A DNA stretch of 64,000 nt from NCBI GenBank assembly GCA_017457305.1, contig JAFTHP010000044.1:53700-117699 (forward strand). The letters run 5' to 3'. The stretch comes from Clostridia bacterium (GTDB taxonomy: Bacteria > Bacillota > Clostridia > Christensenellales > CAG-314). The notes under the pieces are model-generated. The model was given only the letters and a program-made list of their open reading frames with translations. It was not told the origin of the DNA and made no database searches. This document shows, one piece after another, positions 57,115 to 64,000 of this stretch; the first letter of the stretch is position 1; each line of letters starts with the position of its first letter. The translations under genes were made by a program, and so were the position numbers.

Positions 57115-57609
57115 TTATTTGCAAATAATATTATACACTTTATTTGCCACCTGTGTTGACGTGCGGTGGTCAGTGGATACAACGTGCTGTGCATACTGTT
57201 GGTAAATTGGTGCGCGACGTTGAATTTTTTGTTGCAACTGCTCAACCGACAGGCTATCAAACAATGGCCTTGTGCCCTTTGTCATGCGATACTTTGCACT
57301 TGTAGCACTAACTTGCAGCCATACAACAATTCCACTTTGTGCTAGCTTGCAAAAGTTGGGGGCAAGGGGTGTTCCACCGCCACAAGAAATAACAACGTTG
57401 TCCACGTCAATTAGCTGTTCAACAACTTGTTGCTCCAAATTACGGAAGTATTCTTCCCCATTTTGTGCAAAAATCTGTGAAATTGTTTGTCCTTGTTGCG
57501 TTTCAATTAGCAAATCAGTATCAATAACAGGCAAACCAAACTTTTTGCCAATTAGCTGTGCCACACTACTTTTGTAGCTGGTGGCAAATCCTATCAAAAT
57601 TACCTTCAT
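57115..57609 (-). CDS. aroK: Shikimate kinase with an atypical P-loop
   Basis: Collinear with AroK (VIDTDLLIE, ISCGGG, RPLF), but the Walker A reads GFATSYKS instead of GxxGxGKS/T. Confidence 0.7.
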   Translation of the reverse strand: MKVILIGFATSYKSSVAQLIGKKFGLPVIDTDLLIETQQGQTISQIFAQNGEEYFRNLEQQVVEQLIDVDNVVISCGGGTPLAPNFCKLAQSGIVVWLQVSATSAKYRMTKGTRPLFDSLSVEQLQQKIQRRAPIYQQYAQHVVSTDHRTSTQVANKVYNIICK

Positions 57610-58022
57610 TTAGTCAAAAAGTCTACTGCATCCAAGTAGCTTTGTACTCCTTTTCCGTAAAAACGAGCAGTACAAACGTCCGCCAAAACGTCGACGTGCC
57701 TAAACTCCTCCCTTGCGTAAATATCCGTCATATGCACTTCTACTACAGGAACGGACATATCTTCAATACAATCACGCAGAGCAATACTGTAGTGGCTATA
57801 TGCACCAGCATTGATAACAACTGCATCGGCATCTGTTTGTTGCAAAATGTTTACAAGTTCCCCTTCGATATTGCTTTGCATAGCAACAACACTAGCGCCC
57901 CTAGTTAGTGCGTGTGCCGCAACCTGTTGCTCCAGTTGAAGCAACGTTTGAACACCGTACAAGGATGGCTTGCGTTTGCCAAGCATATTCATATTTACGC
58001 CATTTAACAGCAAGATTTTCAT
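57606..58022 (-). CDS. aroQ: Type II 3-dehydroquinate dehydratase
   Basis: MKILLLNGVNMNMLGKRKPSLYG...NAGAYSHYSIALRD. Confidence 0.85.
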   Translation of the reverse strand: MKILLLNGVNMNMLGKRKPSLYGVQTLLQLEQQVAAHALTRGASVVAMQSNIEGELVNILQQTDADAVVINAGAYSHYSIALRDCIEDMSVPVVEVHMTDIYAREEFRHVDVLADVCTARFYGKGVQSYLDAVDFLTK

Positions 58023-59989
58023 AAAACCTCCAAAAAGGACTTGTAGTTATTTTGAGTTTCCGTGTTGGTCCACAATGCAAAGGACTTTGCTCCTTGGTGG
58101 TACAGCATTTCCAGTCCTTCCACCACCTTGATACCCTTTTTGTGGGCTTTATCCTTGAGCCCACTTTGTCCACGATATGCGGCAACAAAAACAAATTGTG
58201 CACTATCTGGCAAGGGTAAACATTGTTCCCAATCGCACTCGGGAACAAAACTAAGCACGCCAACAGGATTTTCGAGCTTATCCACTACGTTAAGTGGATA
58301 ATCTTGGGCAATTTGTTGAACTTTGGATAAAGTACGATTGATAACACGCATTGTGCAATCCATTGAAGAAAGCTGTCTAACTGCTTCCTTTGCGGCACCA
58401 CCAGCACCAATTATCCACAATTTTGCACCACGAATATGTATTCCGTTGGTGTGTAGCGCCTGTACAATACCATATCCATCGGTACTTGTGGGCGCTATAT
58501 TTTTACCAATAGTGTTTATGCTATCCTGTTCTGCCCCCAGTAGCTTAGCTGCCCTTTCCTTGAAGGGCATTGTAATATTCAAACCGTCATAACGACCAAT
58601 TACTTGTAGCAGTTCTTGGTCAGATATACTTCTTGGCAAACTGACTGCTTCGTAGGTGCAACAAACATCAGCACCAGCAGATAGGTGTTGCATCAATTGT
58701 GGCGAAAGACTACGGGAAACGTCTTCCCCAATAACAGCAAAGCGCAAAGGTTGTACACCTATTGCCTGCAAAAAGTTGGGGAAAGACACGTCAAACGGAG
58801 TGCTATCCACGCTTCCACCATCGTTAGCAATAGCGATAACACTAGCACACATAGCAATACGATGGTCGCCAAAGCAACAAAATGATGGATTGCAAGGTAA
58901 TATGCCATCGCTTGTTAGTGTCAAATCTTTGCCATTGAAGCTAGCTGTTTGCTTGCAGACTTTTGCCAGTTGCAAGCAAGCTTCAATTCGGTTACACTCC
59001 TTTAGAGCAAGTTCTTGGACGTTGCTAAAGGTGTGTGTGCCCTTGTAAAATAGTGCCATCGAAAAGGCGAGCGGAATTTCGTCAATTCCGTTGCAAACGT
59101 CAATTTTTGTAGCAGTAAAGCTCTTCAACTTTGTTGGTTGAACAGTAATACTGCCAATAGTTGCAAAACTTTCCACCACGTTGGTGTATTGGATATCTGC
59201 TCCGGCACTCTTCAAAAGGGAAACAAACCCAGTGCGCTCAGCTTCTAGGCAAATATTGTCAATTGTTAAAACCTTTCCCTTGAGCTGTGCTAATGCAAGC
59301 AAATATGCCATACTGGAAAAGTCGTTAGGGATAGTGATATCAAATCCATTTGGTTTGCCACCCGTTACAAAAACGGTGTTGCCCTTTGCTTCCACCTTTA
59401 CGCCAAAATGGGCAAGCATTTTTTCCGTATGTCTACGAGTGATTACTTGCTCGGTGTAGCTACTTGTTCCGTTGGCAAACAATGCCGCAAGCAAAAATGC
59501 TCCCTTTACCTGTGCGCTGTTTACACTACTGTTGTGACAAGTTGAAGTCAACTTGGACGGATGAACAGTAAACAATGTGCCTTGTTGAAAGGTAAACTTT
59601 GCACCCATTTCCGTCAAAGGATTTGTTACCCTATGCATTGGACGTTTTGTCAAACTGTCATCCCCCACAAAGGTGGCGGTGACACCCAATCCGCACACAA
59701 TGCCGGCAAGCAGTCTTGCGGTGGTTCCGCTGTTACCACAATCCAAGGTGCAGTTATCTACAGGGGTAATAATGGGGGAAACTGTTGCTGTTGTTCCATC
59801 AAGAAGGATATCCGCCCCCAAAGCACGCAAACAATTTACCGTGCAAAGCACGTCTTTGCACAACGAAAGGTTACGGATGACACTTTTATTTGTTGCCACC
59901 GCAGCCATACACAACGCCCTGTGACTGATAGACTTATCTCCGCAAGCCACACTAGGGTTGATATTAAATTGTTTGTTGTAGTTAATCAT
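58019..59989 (-). CDS. Bifunctional EPSP synthase / shikimate dehydrogenase fusion
   Basis: 656 aa. The N-terminal ~420 aa are AroA (CGNSGTTARLLAG, ...DHRIAM). The C-terminal ~230 aa are AroE (SLSPQLMQH..., IIGAGGAAKEAV). Confidence 0.85.
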   Translation of the reverse strand: MINYNKQFNINPSVACGDKSISHRALCMAAVATNKSVIRNLSLCKDVLCTVNCLRALGADILLDGTTATVSPIITPVDNCTLDCGNSGTTARLLAGIVCGLGVTATFVGDDSLTKRPMHRVTNPLTEMGAKFTFQQGTLFTVHPSKLTSTCHNSSVNSAQVKGAFLLAALFANGTSSYTEQVITRRHTEKMLAHFGVKVEAKGNTVFVTGGKPNGFDITIPNDFSSMAYLLALAQLKGKVLTIDNICLEAERTGFVSLLKSAGADIQYTNVVESFATIGSITVQPTKLKSFTATKIDVCNGIDEIPLAFSMALFYKGTHTFSNVQELALKECNRIEACLQLAKVCKQTASFNGKDLTLTSDGILPCNPSFCCFGDHRIAMCASVIAIANDGGSVDSTPFDVSFPNFLQAIGVQPLRFAVIGEDVSRSLSPQLMQHLSAGADVCCTYEAVSLPRSISDQELLQVIGRYDGLNITMPFKERAAKLLGAEQDSINTIGKNIAPTSTDGYGIVQALHTNGIHIRGAKLWIIGAGGAAKEAVRQLSSMDCTMRVINRTLSKVQQIAQDYPLNVVDKLENPVGVLSFVPECDWEQCLPLPDSAQFVFVAAYRGQSGLKDKAHKKGIKVVEGLEMLYHQGAKSFALWTNTETQNNYKSFLEVL

Positions 59990-60890
59990 CTAATAAATCA
60001 ATAATTTGTTGTTGTGTTAAGTAAACAGGTTGAAAACTTGTAGGCAAAATAAAGGCAATTTTGCCATCCTTGTTCTTTTTGTCCTGTTGCATTATTTGCA
60101 TCATTTTGTTGTTCATTGGCAAAATATCGAACAAATTGGTAATTTCGCGTTGCCACTTGTCTACGTACTGCTTTGTGCACAAACCAAGTTTGTGCGCTAT
60201 TACAATTTCGTAGTAGATACCTAGCGCAACGGCGTGTCCGTGGGTGATACCCAACGAAAGCTCCATTGCGTGACCAATTGTGTGACCAAAGTTGAGCACG
60301 TTGCGTGGACCTTGATCGGTAAAATCGCGCTGACACAGTTCGTCCTTGTAGGTTACACAACCCTTGATGATGCTTTCCATATTGTTGCTGTGAGCAAGCT
60401 TATCTATAGTTGGGCTAAGCATGCGATACTTGAGTAGCTCGCCTAGACCATCGAAGTACCTTTTTTTAGATAATGTACCCAAAAACGACACGTCAATTAG
60501 TGTGTCCGCTTGGTAAAAGCTACCCACCACGTTCTTGGTGTCGTCAATATCTAATGCTGTTTTGCCGCCGATGGAGCTATCAATTTGTGCAATCAACGTT
60601 GTTGGCACGTGCAAAAGGGATACTCCACGCTTGTAGATACTGCAAGCAAAGCCTACTGTATCGCCAATAGATCCACCGCCAACAGCAACCACTTTGCCAT
60701 CCTTGCCAAGATTTTGTTGCAAAAACCATCTACACAAATTTTGCGCGTGCTCAAAGGTTTTTGCCGCCTCTCCCCTTGGCAAAAGAAACACGTTGCTACC
60801 CGAAATATTGTACAGATTGGCAATTTTTTCGTCTGTGACAATCAAACAATCTGCGTAGTTAGATAGGTTAAATTTCCCGTAAGTAATCAT
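59982..60890 (-). CDS. aroB: 3-dehydroquinate synthase
   Basis: GGGSIGDTVGFACSIYKRGVSLLHVPTTLIAQIDSSIGGKTALD; HTIGHAME. Rather short at 302 aa. Confidence 0.85.
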   Translation of the reverse strand: MITYGKFNLSNYADCLIVTDEKIANLYNISGSNVFLLPRGEAAKTFEHAQNLCRWFLQQNLGKDGKVVAVGGGSIGDTVGFACSIYKRGVSLLHVPTTLIAQIDSSIGGKTALDIDDTKNVVGSFYQADTLIDVSFLGTLSKKRYFDGLGELLKYRMLSPTIDKLAHSNNMESIIKGCVTYKDELCQRDFTDQGPRNVLNFGHTIGHAMELSLGITHGHAVALGIYYEIVIAHKLGLCTKQYVDKWQREITNLFDILPMNNKMMQIMQQDKKNKDGKIAFILPTSFQPVYLTQQQIIDLLDD

Positions 60891-61936
60891 AAATTATCCT
60901 GTTGCAAAAGTTGGTCTACAATTACGTAAGCCAAGATATTTTGTGCAATAACGCCAACGTTAGGAACAACGCAGGTGTCGGCACGTTCAACGTGAGCTAT
61001 TGTTGGTTGCAAAGTTACACTGTCTATCGTTTGCGCACCGCTAACTGTTGGTATTGGTTTTACAGTTAGGCTAAACAAGATGTCTTGCCCCGTTGTGATA
61101 CCGCCAACAATACCGCCACAGTTGTTGGTTGCGTATGTTATTTTGTTGTCTTCTACTTGAAGTTTGTCCAAAGCAGATAGTCCATCCATTGTTGCGTACT
61201 TGTCGCCAATGCCAAAGGATATGCCCTTTACCGATGGAATACCCATCATATTGGCGGAAATTTTAGCATCTAATCGAGATGTGTATGGGAGAACTTCCCC
61301 TAGTCCCATTGGCACACCTGTTGCACCAACGTACACCACACCACCTAGGCTGTTGCCCTGCTCACGAGCTTGATCAATCTTTGTTTGCATAATTCCTGTT
61401 GCAAATTTGCAAGGGCAATGCAACAAAGCAAAGTGACTTTCCTTTTCCGACACGCCAAAACGATATCTATTGCGACTAGTAACCCCACCAATTTTGTGAA
61501 CGTAATGATATGTGTAAATGCCCCTTTGTTTGAGATATAGCTGGCAAATTGCCCCCAAAACCACATAGCAAACGCTGTTGCGTGCAGATGCAATTTCGTT
61601 GAGCTGTCTACTGTCCATATTTGGATATCTAGCTTGTCCAACAAGGTCAACGTGACCGCTCCTAACAGCGGTGATAGGTGGCCTATTTTCCACGTTAGTA
61701 GCATGATTAGCCACAAAAAAGCGAAGTGTGCCCTTTACCACAACTTTGTCGGTAAATCCTTCGAACACCACTTTATCTTGATATTGCTGTCTTCCGCTTC
61801 TTCCGTAGCCTTGCTTGCGCTCATTTAGTTGTTGGTTGACTTCTTCCACCAAAAAGGTAAAACCTTGTGGCAAACCATCTATTTCGCCGTAGTATCCTTC
61901 TCCGTGGGAAGTGCCAAAAAAGTTGAAAGTTATCAT
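60887..61936 (-). CDS. aroC: Chorismate synthase
   Basis: FGTSHGEG...; GRSGRQ; GGISNGQ-like GGIVGGITTGQDI. Confidence 0.85.
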   Translation of the reverse strand: MITFNFFGTSHGEGYYGEIDGLPQGFTFLVEEVNQQLNERKQGYGRSGRQQYQDKVVFEGFTDKVVVKGTLRFFVANHATNVENRPPITAVRSGHVDLVGQARYPNMDSRQLNEIASARNSVCYVVLGAICQLYLKQRGIYTYHYVHKIGGVTSRNRYRFGVSEKESHFALLHCPCKFATGIMQTKIDQAREQGNSLGGVVYVGATGVPMGLGEVLPYTSRLDAKISANMMGIPSVKGISFGIGDKYATMDGLSALDKLQVEDNKITYATNNCGGIVGGITTGQDILFSLTVKPIPTVSGAQTIDSVTLQPTIAHVERADTCVVPNVGVIAQNILAYVIVDQLLQQDNL

Positions 61937-62036
61937 AGTTGTTGTAAAATTTTATGTTAATTTATCTGCCTAAATCCGTCAATAATGTACAAGATATGGC
62001 ATTTAATAGTAGTTAGTTGTATATTTTAGTGCGTAT

Positions 62037-63245
62037 TTACTGTTCTTTCCAAGCATCTGGGCAGGTGCGATTATTCTTGAACCACTCGGTATCCTTGAGC
62101 TTGGTTGAGTTGTTGGAGAAATACATTGATATATCTTTGCTGTTGTCACAAGTCAAAACAATATTTCCGTTCATACTTGTGTAGCCATCGGCGTTGTCGC
62201 TGACAATACTTGTTGCATACACGTTGTCCGTGTAGGGAGCAACGTTGTTTACAAATTGTTGAGTGGGGAATTGGTTTTCGTTTGCACCAGTATACTCGTC
62301 AGAACCTGTGCAACAGCAAACGCACACGATATCTGGCTTGATTTCCTTTAGCAAAAAGTCGTTGGAAGATGTTCCGCTGCCGTGGTGACCACCCTTGAAG
62401 AGCACCACCTTGCCAAGGTCATTTTCTTGCACAAGAGATTCTTCCCCTTTCTTTTCTAGGTCGCCAGTAAATAGATACTGATTGTCCCCTTGTCTAATCA
62501 TAACGCAAACCGAGTAGTCGTTTTCGTCGGATGCAACGTTATCGTAGAACTTTTGGTACAACACTTCCATTGTGATGGAACCATCTCCCGTCAAATCGTA
62601 AACCTTTTGACCGCCATTTGTACCCTTGACGCAGTCCAATGCTGTTACAAGCTTGGCACCAGCGTCAACTTGCGCATTACGAACTTCAAGGTATTCCTTG
62701 TACAATGCCCCGTCCTTGTCGTTGGTATTGGTAAACTCAATGATTGTGCCCACTTGGTACACAGTAAATATACCATTGCGAACACCACCACTCTTTTTGC
62801 CAATAAAGCCAGCGATGTGGTCTTGGTGAGCGTGAGTTACAATTACGTACTCCAACTTGCCATCGGTGCAGAAGTTATCAACGTATGCCTTGATTGTTTC
62901 TGCGCTGTTTTTGCGGCTACCTGCATCAATCAAAATGTCTGTGTCGCCTGCCTTGATGTACACACTATCACCAGTGTACTTGTTGCCCAGCTCAAGGAAA
63001 TGGATTGACAAGGCCTGCTCCTTTATAACAGCGGGATCGTACGTTGCACTGTTGAATTCTAGGTCGCTTCCGCCACCGTTGCCGTTGCCATTTATCATTT
63101 GCTTGATGGTGTTGATAACTTGGTCCAAAGTACCGTTAATGTAACTGTACACCAAAAATGCCACAACGGCAATGATTAGTATAATTATGATAATATTACG
63201 CAGTTTTTTCTCTGCTTTTTTACGTTTAGCGGATTTTCTTGCCAT
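62037..63245 (-). CDS. Membrane-anchored MBL-fold hydrolase (ComEC C-terminal-domain-like)
   Basis: N-terminal TM. ILIDAGS; HxHxDH motif VTHAHQDHIAGF. Confidence 0.75.
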   Translation of the reverse strand: MARKSAKRKKAEKKLRNIIIIILIIAVVAFLVYSYINGTLDQVINTIKQMINGNGNGGGSDLEFNSATYDPAVIKEQALSIHFLELGNKYTGDSVYIKAGDTDILIDAGSRKNSAETIKAYVDNFCTDGKLEYVIVTHAHQDHIAGFIGKKSGGVRNGIFTVYQVGTIIEFTNTNDKDGALYKEYLEVRNAQVDAGAKLVTALDCVKGTNGGQKVYDLTGDGSITMEVLYQKFYDNVASDENDYSVCVMIRQGDNQYLFTGDLEKKGEESLVQENDLGKVVLFKGGHHGSGTSSNDFLLKEIKPDIVCVCCCTGSDEYTGANENQFPTQQFVNNVAPYTDNVYATSIVSDNADGYTSMNGNIVLTCDNSKDISMYFSNNSTKLKDTEWFKNNRTCPDAWKEQ

Positions 63246-63395
63246 ATTCTATGCCTCCGTTGTCAATTAGTAACTGCATAGCAGATACTACCCTAGTTTA
63301 TATTATACTACATCATGCCACGTTGTGCAATAACTATTTTTTCGCAAATAAAAAAACGAGCAACCACATACAGGTTACTCGTTGGATAATTTGTA

Positions 63396-63884
63396 TTAGT
63401 AATTCTCACGGAAATATCTAATTGTGCAAAACAGACAGTATACAAATGGCACAAACAGCATTATGCAGGACAACACCACGCTGAACTGTGCAAATACAAA
63501 TACCAATGCAATAGGGATTACTGCAAAGATGATTGCAAGCACAACACTTACTACCAGAGCAATAAAGGAAGAATCAATATCAAAAATCCAGGAAAAGAAA
63601 TCTACGTTTTCAAACAATGAAAAGATAAGGTCGCCGTCACTTACTCCATCCAATCTTTCGGCAAAGTCGTACACAAATTTGTAGTAAGCCAAAACGATGG
63701 GACCAAGTATTGCCCAACCAACAAAGCCAAATTTTTCGCTATCAATGGTTACAATAGCTAAAATTGGATATGCCAACGCAATGATGCAACACAAAACGTT
63801 TCTAAAACCAGGTCTATCTTCACAAAGCTTGCCAAGTATGAACATTGCTACAAAGCCAATTACTACCCACCAAAACCAATGCAT
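63396..63884 (-). CDS. Hypothetical polytopic membrane protein
   Basis: Start at ATG 63884 with a GGAGGGA SD. About 5 hydrophobic helices. No family recognised. Confidence 0.5.
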   Translation of the reverse strand: MHWFWWVVIGFVAMFILGKLCEDRPGFRNVLCCIIALAYPILAIVTIDSEKFGFVGWAILGPIVLAYYKFVYDFAERLDGVSDGDLIFSLFENVDFFSWIFDIDSSFIALVVSVVLAIIFAVIPIALVFVFAQFSVVLSCIMLFVPFVYCLFCTIRYFRENY

Positions 63885-64000
63885 AATGTTCCCTCCTAAC
63901 TTATGACAATATATCACAAATTGGGCTGTGATGTCAACAATAATCGTCCGTTCGCACACAGCTGATTGCTTGCTTGTGTAATATATAAAAATACTAATAA

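Overview
This looks like a chromosomal segment of a low-GC Firmicute, most likely class Clostridia. That rests on a type-A RNase P RNA and on the tmk-holB-ricT and ecfA1-ecfA2-ecfT-truA-rplM-rpsI gene orders. All calls come from reading the sequence and ORF track by eye; no searches or computations were run.

Layout:
- 1-25.3 kb: housekeeping genes, tRNA-Gln and rnpB. Small oddities include a 1.2 kb cassette flanked by identical 36-nt repeats, a C9 tract inside a promoter spacer, and a 93-bp duplication carrying the rpsI tail.
- About 25.34-38.86 kb: an apparently AT-richer integrative element. It carries a TnpX/TndX-type large serine recombinase, a TnpW-like peptide, a lone HK97-fold capsid-like gene, a primase/SF3 helicase, a separate tyrosine recombinase and a two-gene restriction-like module.
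- 38.9-52.6 kb: a six-gene, single-strand starch/alpha-glucan locus with pullulanase, a GH13 amylase and three lipoproteins carrying CBM25/26-like and Cys/His-rich modules.
- 52.9-64 kb: a TSUP permease split into two half-size genes, a large membrane-anchored protein with a (Asp-His)n tail, a translationally coupled aroC-aroB-aroA::aroE-aroQ-aroK operon, an MBL hydrolase and a membrane protein.

The best candidate for an undescribed system is on the element. It pairs a 1361-aa T5orf172/GIY-YIG - SF2 helicase - N6A-methyltransferase fusion with a 332/345-aa methyltransferase-like partner that lacks an NPPY motif. Its sigma-70-type promoter lies between imperfect inverted repeats directly downstream of the tyrosine recombinase gene, which suggests an invertible ON/OFF switch.
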